From Sediminispirochaeta sp. (GTDB taxonomy: Bacteria; Spirochaetota; Spirochaetia; B11-G9), in NCBI GenBank assembly GCA_024763455.1, contig JANTFL010000001.1, positions 26,678 to 90,677 on the forward strand: a stretch of 64,000 nt of DNA. The letters are read 5' to 3'. Below, one piece after another: positions 36,344 through 46,190 of this stretch. The position numbers were made by a program, and so were the translations under genes. How positions within the stretch are numbered: the stretch's first letter is position 1; each line of letters opens with the position of its first letter. The notes under the pieces were generated by a model, which saw nothing but the letters and a program-made list of their open reading frames with translations, did no database searches and was not told where the DNA came from.

Positions 36344-37012
36344 GTGGTATCTGTTCATAATATTTCCCGAAGGTACGGCTCAAAAAAAGTTTTGGATAAT
36401 ATAAGTTTTACCCTCGAAAACAACGGTGTTTATGGCTTTTTAGGACCGAACGGTGCCGGAAAATCAACACTTTTAAAAATTATTTCCGGTTTTAAATTCC
36501 CGGATGAGGGAATGGTACGTACCGATTCATCTATCGGGTACCTGCCTGAGAATTCACCCCTGGATGGAAATCTTACTGTTTATGAATTTCTTTTTCTTTT
36601 TGCATCGTTGAAAGGTCTCAAAGGAACTGAAAGAACTGAGGAGCTTAGGAGGGTTATTGAGCTCTGTTCTATACAGGATGTAGCTGGATTCAGAACGGAT
36701 ACGCTCTCCAAGGGGTATAAACAGCGGACAGGGCTAGCCCAGGCTCTTTTAAACCGCCCAGGGATACTTCTTTTGGACGAACCTCTTTCGGGACTGGACC
36801 CGGAACAGGTGGTCAGTGTCCGTAAAATAATTGAAAATGCTGCAGAAGAGAGTATTGTTATCGTATCTTCCCATAATTTGAAGGAAATGGAGCAGATAAG
36901 CAGCCGGATATTTATACTGAATAAAGGAAGCATTGAAGCACAAGCAAACTTTTCCGATGACATCAACCTTGAAGAGTTTTATTTGAAAACAATTGGCAGC
37001 ATTTTATTATGA
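36344..37012 (+). CDS. ABC transporter ATP-binding protein (GldA-like)
   Basis: 222 aa with a GTG start. It has Walker A GPNGAGKST, the signature LSKGYKQR and Walker B ILLLDEP. Confidence 0.85.
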   Translation: MVSVHNISRRYGSKKVLDNISFTLENNGVYGFLGPNGAGKSTLLKIISGFKFPDEGMVRTDSSIGYLPENSPLDGNLTVYEFLFLFASLKGLKGTERTEELRRVIELCSIQDVAGFRTDTLSKGYKQRTGLAQALLNRPGILLLDEPLSGLDPEQVVSVRKIIENAAEESIVIVSSHNLKEMEQISSRIFILNKGSIEAQANFSDDINLEEFYLKTIGSILL

Positions 37013-37731
37013 GAAACGCGTACTACGTATTTACAAGAGATATAAAAAAATTTTATAGATCCCGGGGAGCCTCTTTTCTTTATTTCACCTTTTTGATAAT
37101 TACTTCGCTTTGGCTCTATAAAATAGATAATTTTCTCATACGGGGCAGAGCTGATTTCACCAGCTATTTTACTTTATTTCCCTATATTCTTACTATTATT
37201 ATCCCTGCACTCACCATGGGTAGTATCGCCGGGGAAAAAAATAGAGGTACCTACGAATTGCTTCTTGCTCAGGGGGTTAGTGTACTTTCCTTAACAGTAG
37301 GAAAGTATGCTGCTGTCCTTGTTCAAATCGCTAGTATGATACTCCTTACCGTCCCGGTCCCCGTATCTCTCAGCAGCCTCGGCGATTTTGACGGTGGTAG
37401 AATAGTTGCCAACTATATCGGTGTACTGCTTTTTTCTTCTACCCTGGCTGGATTGGGTCTTTACATTTCAGCTTTATCCCGAAAACAGATTCAGGCATTT
37501 ATTCTCTCTGTACTGTTTATCCTGATTCTGGTATTACCCTGGACGGTTGTCAGTGTATCAGCTGGCGGGGGGATTTTTGCAGAAATCTTGAAAAATAGTT
37601 CTCCCTGGTATCACCTTGCTTCTTTCTCCAGAGGACTGTTGGACAGCAGGGATCTGATATACTTCGTTGCAACAGCACTATTTTTTATCTTTTTAACTAT
37701 ACGGAAGATTAACCTGGAGCGATGGTCATGA
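37009..37731 (+). CDS. ABC-2 type permease (GldF-like)
   Basis: 240 aa with about 6 hydrophobic segments. It includes the GEKNRGTYELLL motif typical of ABC-2/GldF permeases. Confidence 0.7.
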   Translation: MRNAYYVFTRDIKKFYRSRGASFLYFTFLIITSLWLYKIDNFLIRGRADFTSYFTLFPYILTIIIPALTMGSIAGEKNRGTYELLLAQGVSVLSLTVGKYAAVLVQIASMILLTVPVPVSLSSLGDFDGGRIVANYIGVLLFSSTLAGLGLYISALSRKQIQAFILSVLFILILVLPWTVVSVSAGGGIFAEILKNSSPWYHLASFSRGLLDSRDLIYFVATALFFIFLTIRKINLERWS

Positions 37732-39221
37732 AGAGACGGGAAATACTCTTTACAATTGCAGGTGGAGCGGTTTTTATCATTATACTGTTCTACAGTAACC
37801 TGTTTAATTTCCGGATAGATATTACCGACACAAAGGCATACTCCCTTACCCGGATTTCCAGATCCATAGGTAAGGAACTTCCCCAGCCGGTGAGGATAAC
37901 CTATTATAAAACAAAGGGTATTGAGGGAATATTCCCCGGTACGGCGGATATAATACCTCTTCTGGATGAATTTGCAAGGACATCAGGAGGAAAGATCAGT
38001 CTTAAAATTGTTGATCCTGATTCTATCGTAGATGAAAAAGTTTTTGAGGCCGAAGGAATAGCTTCCCGGCAGGTGAGAATTGTCCGGGATAACAAGAAGT
38101 TTGATTTAAAGGTATATTCTTCGATAACAATCAATTTCCTTGACAGGACAAAGGTTCTCAATTTTGTATACGACATCTCCAGCCTGGAGTATCAGGTTGT
38201 AAGTGCTATCAGGGAGTTAGTTCAAAACAGGAGACGGGTAGTCGGTCTTCTTTTAGGTGACCAAACCCGAAGTTTAAATAAAGATTACACCATGCTGACC
38301 GGCACATTAAGCAGAGATTTTGATTTGGTACCGGTAGATTCCACCAGTTCCTCTACTGTCGGAATGAACGTTCTTCTGGTCCTGGGAAGCAGGGATATAA
38401 CCCTGTTGGACACACAAAAAATAAAGAGTTTTATTGAAAACGGCGGGAATGTATTTTTTGCTGCGGAGGGAGTATTCGTTAATGTGAAAAACAGCTTTTC
38501 TGCTGAGCCGGTTAAGAATAATCCGCTTTTTCAACTGCTTGCAGACTACGGGGTATCTGTTAAAAATACACTGGTTATTGATCCTCTTAACCCGAAGGAT
38601 TTTCGAATACCGAAATCTTTTTATGGCGATGTTGCGTGGAAAACCATCGGACCCTATCCCCAATGGATAACAGTGAGTCATGCTGTTTCAGTAGACAATC
38701 CGATAACTGCTCATTTTGCCGGAGTGGACCTTTTATGGGCAAGCCCCCTCATTCTGGATAGAGATAAAAATGACGGAAGCAGTGTCCTTTTTACAAGTTC
38801 AACTCTCGCTTGGGAAATGAGTGCTCCCTTTGCAACGGATCCATTCAGTACCGAACAGTATAATGAGGGTAGAGCAGCAACTCGTTCAGTACACGTTCTG
38901 GGTGTTTCGATTATCAAAGGTAACTCTCGGATGATTGTGGTGGGTGATTCTGATTTTTTATCTGATCTGATAACCTGGAGCGAAAGCTACCGGAACATGA
39001 ATTTTATTCTTGATTCAGTTGACTGGTTATCACAAAATGAGGATTTTATGGAGATCAGAACCAAAAGAAATGTTAACAGGAGCCTTGATATCCTTGATGA
39101 GGGGCGAACCCAGGCCGTGTACAGCCTTTCTGAATTTTTAAATGTTATTTTAATACCGGTACTTATTCTGGTTGCAGGATTTATTAAAAAGAGTAGAAAA
39201 CGAAAGAGAAATGAAGATTAA
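37722..39221 (+). CDS. GldG-like ABC-transporter auxiliary protein
   Basis: 499 aa with N- and C-terminal TM anchors. The pattern YSLTRISRSIGKELPQPVRITYY fits the GldG/ABC_transp_aux family. It follows the ATPase and permease genes. Confidence 0.65.
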   Translation: MVMKRREILFTIAGGAVFIIILFYSNLFNFRIDITDTKAYSLTRISRSIGKELPQPVRITYYKTKGIEGIFPGTADIIPLLDEFARTSGGKISLKIVDPDSIVDEKVFEAEGIASRQVRIVRDNKKFDLKVYSSITINFLDRTKVLNFVYDISSLEYQVVSAIRELVQNRRRVVGLLLGDQTRSLNKDYTMLTGTLSRDFDLVPVDSTSSSTVGMNVLLVLGSRDITLLDTQKIKSFIENGGNVFFAAEGVFVNVKNSFSAEPVKNNPLFQLLADYGVSVKNTLVIDPLNPKDFRIPKSFYGDVAWKTIGPYPQWITVSHAVSVDNPITAHFAGVDLLWASPLILDRDKNDGSSVLFTSSTLAWEMSAPFATDPFSTEQYNEGRAATRSVHVLGVSIIKGNSRMIVVGDSDFLSDLITWSESYRNMNFILDSVDWLSQNEDFMEIRTKRNVNRSLDILDEGRTQAVYSLSEFLNVILIPVLILVAGFIKKSRKRKRNED

Positions 39222-40104
39222 AACCATAATTATCTTTTCCATCATTGTAGTAATCCTGCCTGGAATATTTGTTTTTAAAAAGTCTCACACCCGTTCTCTG
39301 CTTTCTGCATCGTTTATCAGTACGGTTAACACTATGACGATGGAAAATGGGAGCGGGAGTTATACCTTGATAAAGCAGGGCAGAGACTGGTTCCTCGACG
39401 AAGGAGCTACGCATTTTATCTGCAGAAACGGAACGGTTAATGCTTATCTCCAAAAACTTGCTGGTTTAAAAATAATTGAAACGGCTGGTACTTCCAAAGC
39501 TGTCTGGGGAGATCTCGGAGTTGCTGATAACGATCATCATTCAACCACGCTGAAAAACGGTAAGGAAACAGTAAAGCTTTTCTGGGGAAAAAAGAGTGCT
39601 GGCGGAGAAGAGGTTTTTGTCCGGAAAAACCGGGAAGAGTCAGTCTATGTTACAACCTTTCCGGGGGCCGCCATTTATGCAGATAAATGGGGTTGGGTCA
39701 ATGTAAAAATTTTGCCAGTTGCTATTGATACTACTGAAATTATCTCCCTGGACTTTAAGAAAGAGGGGCAGGACTACTCGATAATACGGAAGAATTACTG
39801 GGAGTTGCACTCTGCACGAGGAACCGCCAGGATGGATACCAGGAAGATGAATCTATTACTGGAGAGGATAAAGAACCTGAAGGGAGAAGCTGTGGTCTTG
39901 AAAACGAAGAAGGCTGAGATGATGTCCGCAGGTACACTTATAGTACACCTTGCCGGAGACACCGCTTTGATACTGAATTTCTTAAAAGACAAAAAAGGCA
40001 GTTATTTTGCTGCAGAAGAAAGCAGTGGCTACCTCTACAGGATAAACACAGCAGAAAGAAACGGCGTGTTACCGGATGTAAAATACCTTCTGGATCACTT
40101 TTGA
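39211..40104 (+). CDS. DUF4340-like membrane-anchored protein
   Basis: It has an N-terminal TM helix and a beta-rich body, and occupies the usual position after gldG-like genes. I moved the start to the ATG at 39211. The assignment is by context and weak pattern only. Confidence 0.5.
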   Translation: MKIKTIIIFSIIVVILPGIFVFKKSHTRSLLSASFISTVNTMTMENGSGSYTLIKQGRDWFLDEGATHFICRNGTVNAYLQKLAGLKIIETAGTSKAVWGDLGVADNDHHSTTLKNGKETVKLFWGKKSAGGEEVFVRKNREESVYVTTFPGAAIYADKWGWVNVKILPVAIDTTEIISLDFKKEGQDYSIIRKNYWELHSARGTARMDTRKMNLLLERIKNLKGEAVVLKTKKAEMMSAGTLIVHLAGDTALILNFLKDKKGSYFAAEESSGYLYRINTAERNGVLPDVKYLLDHF

Positions 40105-41154
40105 CTAACCGTTTTTAGTTAAGAACTCCCGGTATTTTGCCGGGTCAGGTCTAAATCCAATTATATTTGCATCTTGTTCTTTTCCAGCCCTTTTAAGTGC
40201 AGCCGAAGCTTCTGAAAACAGAACATCTCCGTCTACAAGCCGCCCGTTTCTTGAACTGATACCGTACAGGATTGTATACCGTGTAAGAATATCAATCTTT
40301 GTTGAGGTGTTTTGATCAAAATCACGAATCAGTGCTATTCCCTTTTCAATATCAGCGTTTGGAATGATTACAGCATACAAATCAGAGGCACATCTGCATA
40401 TAAGGTCGGAATAGGTAAAGGTTTCCTGCAAAAGCCTTTCAAAAGAATTCATGGCTGAAGCAGAGGTCTCGTTTGGAATGTTTACCAAAGCCAGGACCAT
40501 ATCCTGATCGAATGATGCCGAACGTTTCAGTTCATTAGAAATCTTTGAGATAAATTCATATCTCATCCCTGATCTGTCTTTCTCAGCTTTTCGATCTTTT
40601 GAGTAGTGAGCTGCTTTAGAGATATCTTTCGAGTCCCTGCTGGATATAAGAATAATAAATGCGATAATGATAAATACCAGGGATGCTGCAATTGCATATT
40701 TTAGAAGAGATGCAAACTGATTAATCTGAAGTACCGTAAATACGGTTTTTATTTGATAAATCCTGCCTCGGTAGGGTTTGAACGTTGAAAGAGACGTATC
40801 CCTGATAGTGTCAACCACCTGCGTAAACGTCTCTGCTGTAGTGGATACCGCAGTTGCATTCCTGGCAAATACATAGAGGGATGATCCCTTATCATCAGAG
40901 ATTATCAGGGATTTTAACGAAGGGGAAGAAAGTGCCAGGTTTGAAAGTTTGACAAAGTTAGAAGTTTTTGATGAAGCACTGGTTTTGCTAAAGAGATCAT
41001 CAATAACAGTTTCCGAGATTGAATCAAACATAGTCTTTGCCTTCAAAGTATTCAGATGAAGATTAAAACCCATACTCAAAACAAGGTACAGAACGAGAAT
41101 TGTTATAAAAACAACACCGAAAACGTTAAAATATAATAATTTATTATCCTTCAT
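40105..41154 (-). CDS. membrane protein with C-terminal degenerate GGDEF-like domain (signature replaced)
   Basis: 349 aa with two TM helices flanking a periplasmic-looking segment. The C-terminal layout (VLALVNI...DLICRCASDLYAVIIPNADIEKGIALIRDF...YGISSR..LFSEASAALKRAGKE) resembles a GGDEF fold with ASDLY in place of GGDEF. TATAAT lies 6 nt upstream of the ATG. Confidence 0.4.
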   Translation of the reverse strand: MKDNKLLYFNVFGVVFITILVLYLVLSMGFNLHLNTLKAKTMFDSISETVIDDLFSKTSASSKTSNFVKLSNLALSSPSLKSLIISDDKGSSLYVFARNATAVSTTAETFTQVVDTIRDTSLSTFKPYRGRIYQIKTVFTVLQINQFASLLKYAIAASLVFIIIAFIILISSRDSKDISKAAHYSKDRKAEKDRSGMRYEFISKISNELKRSASFDQDMVLALVNIPNETSASAMNSFERLLQETFTYSDLICRCASDLYAVIIPNADIEKGIALIRDFDQNTSTKIDILTRYTILYGISSRNGRLVDGDVLFSEASAALKRAGKEQDANIIGFRPDPAKYREFLTKNG

Positions 41155-41233
41155 TCGACTATTATAAGCATGAATCTCTGATTTTAAAACCTTTTTTCTT
41201 TTCTTTTTAAGTATAAAATACTATCCTAATGAT

Positions 41234-42067
41234 ATGAAACTTTACGAAAAAAGAGACAGGTCACTACCTTCAGGCTGGTATCCTGATACAGAAGAAGGGG
41301 TGCGGAAAATTTTAATAAACTGGGAGGAGCGCTACGGGAAAAGAGAAGAGGGCTGTATCTCGGGAATAGTCCCCCATGCTGGATGGTTTTTTTCAGGGTA
41401 TATTGCTTTCTCTGTAATGAGTAACCTCTCTCCAGATGCGGATACGATTGTGATTGCAGGCGGTCATTTGCCTGGCGGAGTATCACCAATGCTCTTCAAC
41501 TATAAGGTAATGGAAACACCTATCGGTCCTTTGGAGACAGATTTAACCTTCCTTGAGGAGCTTTCAGGGCGAATTACATTTTACGAAGGTACAGAAGCAG
41601 ACAACACTGTTGAAATCCAGCTGCCTATTGTCAAGTATCTTTTCCCTGGGAGTAAGGTCGTAGCTTTAAGGGTTGGTGCAGGCAGCGATGCAATTGAACT
41701 AGGCGGGGAAATTGCAGCCGTTTCAAGAAAGCTGGGTAAAAAGACTGTTGTTGTTGGATCAACTGATCTCACCCATTACGGACCTTCATACGGATTTACC
41801 CCCCATGGGACCGGTAATTCAGCCCTCCGCTGGGTTAAAGAAGTAAATGACAAGAAAATAGTAAATGCTTTTTTATCAATGGAAGAAGAAAAAGTTCTGG
41901 AGTACGGGAACAGGAACAAGGCGGCATGCTCATCCGGCGCTGCTGCGAGTGCTATAGCATTTGCCCGTCACTTTGGCAGGTCACAAGGGGAGCTTATTTC
42001 ATACATGACCAGTAATGATGTCTATCCATCAGACTCCTTTGTCGGTTATGCCGGAGTAGTGTACTAA
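41234..42067 (+). CDS. MEMO1-family protein (AmmeMemoRadiSam system protein B-like)
   Basis: 277 aa. GWYPD, IVPHAGWFFSG, AGGHLPG, VEIQLP, STDLTHYG, AACSSG and the terminal FVGYAGVVY match the Memo family layout. Confidence 0.8.
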   Translation: MKLYEKRDRSLPSGWYPDTEEGVRKILINWEERYGKREEGCISGIVPHAGWFFSGYIAFSVMSNLSPDADTIVIAGGHLPGGVSPMLFNYKVMETPIGPLETDLTFLEELSGRITFYEGTEADNTVEIQLPIVKYLFPGSKVVALRVGAGSDAIELGGEIAAVSRKLGKKTVVVGSTDLTHYGPSYGFTPHGTGNSALRWVKEVNDKKIVNAFLSMEEEKVLEYGNRNKAACSSGAAASAIAFARHFGRSQGELISYMTSNDVYPSDSFVGYAGVVY

Positions 42068-43746
42068 GATGCAATTACCTTCGCTACTGTTTCAATTGTC
42101 CAGTCAAGAGTTTTTCTAAGAATCTCCATCCCTCCTGTATCAGGGGAACACACTCTCCTGATTGCAGCTGCTGCGGGGAAAAGAGTGATGCAAACCTCTT
42201 TTTGTCTTGAGGTAAGAGAGTGCATATATCCGGATAAAGACTCTGCCGGTACTGGAAGAGATTTAAGATCCTGGTAGTACGAGTAAAGAAAATGATTCCA
42301 TGAGAGATCAGCTGGCCCTGCGGAAAATATACTTGATATTCCGTATGATTCGGGTATTTTTTGATATGCAGGGATTTCTATCATTTCACCTTCCCCTTCA
42401 GGAATGATTACTTCGGATTTGAGACTGCTGATCAGTTTTTCAAGTCTTTTTTTATAACTAATCATTGGTTTCGTCACATACCGTGAGCTTCTCGTATCAG
42501 TTACATGGTTAGTCTCATCGTTGTGAAAAATAAAATCAATAAAAAAATCTTCAAGAGGTTGTGTTCTGTGTGTCAGAGCGCTGAAATATGGATATAAATA
42601 GGTACCTCTGGCATAACTCTTGCCGTAGGGATAAGAGAAGTCAACCCCGAAAAGCAAAATTTTTTTTGCCCCCAGAGAGTAGGCAAGGGATACTGCGGCA
42701 TGGCTGACATTTCCGCCTGAAGTATCAATAAAAGGGAATTCCCTCCATCTTTTTTTTACATACAATGAGAACGGGTGACCGCTGGTAAAAAAAAGAACAT
42801 TGTCTGTAAGCCGGGTTATGAGCTGAGGCGATGCAAGATCAAGAACAAGAGGGATATCATTGGGGATTCCAGTCATAAAGTGATGAAACGTAATATGCTG
42901 GCAGTCGATAGATAATATCAGGTCAGGTTTAATCCCATTTTGTATAAGAGCGGGATAAGCGGTGTCTGTTGTAATCAGAAATCCATCTTTTGAATGCTCC
43001 TTTAATTGTGGCAGCTGCTTTTCTAACGACGGACCGGCTCCGGCTATGAGTGCTTTATTAACAGGAGAAATAACAGTAGTAGTTTTTTCTGCCGCCTTCA
43101 GGTTAAGAAGTGTGTTCACAAACCACCTTTTGCCGAAGTAAGATTGTACTGAAAAATCCTCTGAAAGCGGTGTTATTACATCATTGATTGTTTTTGTAAC
43201 ACTGGAAAAAAATTCGTTTTCCATTTCAACTCTTGCTCTGAGTTTAAGAATATCAAGGTTTCCTGATATGGCAGGGATATAGTTTTCAAGAATATGACTG
43301 GATATATCCTCTGGTGAGGGATCAATAAGTATGCGTACTCTTTTATCAAGAAAAAGTGAGGTGAGATTAAAATGAGTGAGTATTTTCTTGAAAAAGCCAT
43401 AATCCTTGTCAATTACAAGAATCTCAGATATTTGTTTATCTTCAGTAAAGGGTAGTATATGATAACCGGCACCAAAACCGAGGATAATTATGTAACCACT
43501 TGCTTTAAACGTAGAATAAAACCTCTTCCCTTCTTTCTCCGGATCAAAGGTTGAATGAAGAGGGACTTCTCTATCGTTTTTTTTCAAAAACGGAACCCGC
43601 ATTCCTGTTCTGCTTTCTTTTATCAGGTACTGATCAGATTCATCAACATAGCTTATCTTGGAGGCAAGACTGGAATTCGTCGCCGAAAGTGCAAGAAGAT
43701 TGGATTCAAGAAACGACTGATTACTCTGTTTCTGCATTATGTTCAA
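42064..43746 (-). CDS. Maf-like DUF115/MptE-like domain protein, putative (flagellin) glycosyltransferase
   Basis: 560 aa. The core ALIAGAGPSLEKQLPQLKEH..ITTDTAYPALIQNGIKPDLILSIDCQ is present, with a Maf-type N-terminus (..PLHSTFDPEKEGKRF..ILGFGAGYH). It is the last gene of the 48395-42064 operon. Confidence 0.75.
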   Translation of the reverse strand: MNIMQKQSNQSFLESNLLALSATNSSLASKISYVDESDQYLIKESRTGMRVPFLKKNDREVPLHSTFDPEKEGKRFYSTFKASGYIIILGFGAGYHILPFTEDKQISEILVIDKDYGFFKKILTHFNLTSLFLDKRVRILIDPSPEDISSHILENYIPAISGNLDILKLRARVEMENEFFSSVTKTINDVITPLSEDFSVQSYFGKRWFVNTLLNLKAAEKTTTVISPVNKALIAGAGPSLEKQLPQLKEHSKDGFLITTDTAYPALIQNGIKPDLILSIDCQHITFHHFMTGIPNDIPLVLDLASPQLITRLTDNVLFFTSGHPFSLYVKKRWREFPFIDTSGGNVSHAAVSLAYSLGAKKILLFGVDFSYPYGKSYARGTYLYPYFSALTHRTQPLEDFFIDFIFHNDETNHVTDTRSSRYVTKPMISYKKRLEKLISSLKSEVIIPEGEGEMIEIPAYQKIPESYGISSIFSAGPADLSWNHFLYSYYQDLKSLPVPAESLSGYMHSLTSRQKEVCITLFPAAAAIRRVCSPDTGGMEILRKTLDWTIETVAKVIAS

Positions 43747-45253
43747 AAGTTCCCCTTACTATTTCTTCGGCTGTTGTAATTATCGGATAAAGATCATCTA
43801 CAGTGCAGCTTTCGCCTGAAGAAAGTTTTTTTACACAGATAATAATTTCCTGGAGTGAAAATAGATAGAATAAACCGGTTAAAGATTCATCTCTGGTAAG
43901 AAAGCGGACTAAGTCCTGAAAACCAGTTATCTCAGGGATCTCCCTCTTTACGATTTGAAGTTTTTTTATGATTGCATGAAGGGAAGAATCAATGAGATCA
44001 AAAGATTTCGGTTTTGCTACTGAAGAAAAAAAGAATTCAGTGGAATCGGCACGTATATTCCCGGTTACTAATTGAATGATTTCACTACCCTTTACTGAGT
44101 GGAAAAAATTTAATGTGGAAGACGATGGATTAACCCTGTAAATATTGTTACTGATACGGACATTATTAAACCAGTTAGCATAGGTTTGGTAAGCTCTATT
44201 GCTCCCCTGATGCTGTGAATCAATCTTGTGTGAATACAATATGTCAAGATATGGGTGAACCCTGGATTCTCGGCATTTAAAATAATTATCAAAAGTATGG
44301 GGGCTTACATGGCTGTGGACATCATTGAATGCAAGATCCAGTCCAGCTACAAATACTGAGGGACTGCCAAGTTTTAACGAGAGTACTAGAGCTGTAGCTG
44401 CAACAGTGCCGGTTTCAAAGAGTTTTACTGAGGGGATCGAAATAAATGAAGACACCCATTTTTCCAATTCAGAGTTCTGGTTAATCAGGAGAACAGGTCC
44501 ATCAACTTTGAGGTGGGTTGCAGTCAAAGGCATGGCAAATGGAATTCCCCGAATAAAATCCTGCCTGAAATGAAATCGATTCCAGAAACCGGGATCAGTA
44601 TTTACAATTAAATCAGGATAAATCGAATAGTATTCAAGTGCATGAAGCGATGAAGGAAGTGCTGTTATAAAAAAAAGTTCCCGATGCTCTTTTATCAGCG
44701 GTAACATCTTGGAAAGAGACGGTCCTGCGGCAGTAATAAGAACAGGCTTTGAAATTTTAAATGAATCCGGGTTTATAAACGTATTGATGTATTTTAGATT
44801 TAGGTATAAATTTCGAATCCATTTTCTACTGAAGTTAACTGTTGTAACTACAGAGCCGTTTCTTTCTTCCATGAATGAAAAAATAGTATCAGCTACCAAT
44901 TGATGGATCTCTGGGAAAGCTTTTGAACACGGTTTCCAAACAATCAACCGGAGAACCGGAATCATGAAATCGGGTATTGAAGAGCCCAAAAAACTTTTCA
45001 ATGAAGTATTTGAACCGACGTACCATGAAAGTTTTTTATCCTTGGCTTTGTCATAAAAAATCTTGTTGTAATATACAGAAACAACTAAGGAACCAGGATA
45101 CCTATCCATCAGATACTTTTTCAGATATTCCCCTCCCGGCCCGGTCAGGAGAAATAGATAACATCCCTTTTTAATATTTAAAGAATCCACATACCGTGAG
45201 GCTGCACGCTCAGGCGCATAAGGTGAATGAATGGTAATACCGTTGTATTTCAA
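43721..45253 (-). CDS. Maf-like DUF115/MptE-like domain protein (second tandem paralogue)
   Basis: 510 aa. The core VLITAAGPSLSKMLPLIKEH..ALPSSLHALEYYSIYPDLIVNTDPG is present. Its 3' end overlaps the next Maf-like gene by 26 nt. Confidence 0.7.
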   Translation of the reverse strand: MKYNGITIHSPYAPERAASRYVDSLNIKKGCYLFLLTGPGGEYLKKYLMDRYPGSLVVSVYYNKIFYDKAKDKKLSWYVGSNTSLKSFLGSSIPDFMIPVLRLIVWKPCSKAFPEIHQLVADTIFSFMEERNGSVVTTVNFSRKWIRNLYLNLKYINTFINPDSFKISKPVLITAAGPSLSKMLPLIKEHRELFFITALPSSLHALEYYSIYPDLIVNTDPGFWNRFHFRQDFIRGIPFAMPLTATHLKVDGPVLLINQNSELEKWVSSFISIPSVKLFETGTVAATALVLSLKLGSPSVFVAGLDLAFNDVHSHVSPHTFDNYFKCRESRVHPYLDILYSHKIDSQHQGSNRAYQTYANWFNNVRISNNIYRVNPSSSTLNFFHSVKGSEIIQLVTGNIRADSTEFFFSSVAKPKSFDLIDSSLHAIIKKLQIVKREIPEITGFQDLVRFLTRDESLTGLFYLFSLQEIIICVKKLSSGESCTVDDLYPIITTAEEIVRGTFEHNAETE

Positions 45254-45265
45254 AGAGGTATTCCT

Positions 45266-46186
45266 CTAAAGGATATCCAGCTTGGAAAGAAGCAAATCCA
45301 CATCTCTGCCCTGTTCAGGATACAAGATATAGGAATGTTTTATAACCGGAAGATCAGTCTGAATATTAAAATAATTTTTTAAGGTTAATTCAATTTGAGT
45401 TGTTAGAATCTGCGGTTTTTTCATAGTATGTGATGAAAAGAGCAGCAAGGATGTATAAAGATCAATCTGTAATAATCTGCCGGATATATTAACCATAGAG
45501 TAGATTGTGTCAAAAATATCCTGGGATATCTGTTTATCTTCCTGGCTTTCAGATCCGGACTCAGAAATAATGGAAATAAGCTCTTCAAAGTTGAGTTTAA
45601 TAAGGAAAATAACAGAATCCCTATGTTTTGAAAGGTACCGTGATACGAAAGGAATTATTGATGAATCAGCGGACACTGCAGTTTTTTTACTGCTTTCAAT
45701 TTTGGATAGCTTTTCAAGAATAAGTCTTAGAGTTTTTATTGCTTCATCAACAGCTCGTGGTTTTTGAATCATCGGTGAATTGATACCCAGAAATGCAGTA
45801 TCTTGATGCTTCATAAAAGTGATGTTCTTCAGTCCTGTGAATTCGCGTATTGAAAGCAGCGGTTTAAAATTCTGCAGATCCTCAGGTGAAGTAAGTATGT
45901 TAAACCCTTCTGTTTTGAAGATGGAACTTAAAAATTTATTGTTAAATCTAACTCTTCGGCTGGAGGTTATATCAATACCGGTTTGGGCTGCCGGTAACCA
46001 AAGATCTTCTTTGGGGTTATAAGAAAGAAACAAAGCTTTTTTAAGACCAACAAAATCACAAAAAAGGTTTAATGACTTTAAAGGATATGATTCATCAGTG
46101 GATAAATCTCTTTCACTACGAACAAAATCTTCGTAGCTTTTTTTTTTAGAATCTTTTGTATCTAAAACAGTGTTTAGTAAACCCAT
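45266..46186 (-). CDS. hypothetical protein (306 aa), operon partner of the acidic repeat protein and Maf paralogues
   Basis: Long ORF lying 4 nt after the upstream stop and 12 nt before the next start. I recognise no diagnostic motif. A possible small-ligand-sensor-like two-domain layout is only a guess. Confidence 0.5.
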   Translation of the reverse strand: MGLLNTVLDTKDSKKKSYEDFVRSERDLSTDESYPLKSLNLFCDFVGLKKALFLSYNPKEDLWLPAAQTGIDITSSRRVRFNNKFLSSIFKTEGFNILTSPEDLQNFKPLLSIREFTGLKNITFMKHQDTAFLGINSPMIQKPRAVDEAIKTLRLILEKLSKIESSKKTAVSADSSIIPFVSRYLSKHRDSVIFLIKLNFEELISIISESGSESQEDKQISQDIFDTIYSMVNISGRLLQIDLYTSLLLFSSHTMKKPQILTTQIELTLKNYFNIQTDLPVIKHSYILYPEQGRDVDLLLSKLDIL

Positions 46187-46190
46187 CTAC

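Noticed and set aside
41234-42067. The Memo-like gene as evidence for a complete AmmeMemoRadiSam system.
   Set aside because: Neither an AMMECR1-like gene nor a radical-SAM activase is adjacent; the flanking genes are a GGDEF-like membrane protein and a Maf-like protein. Only an orphan Memo-family gene can be supported from this window.
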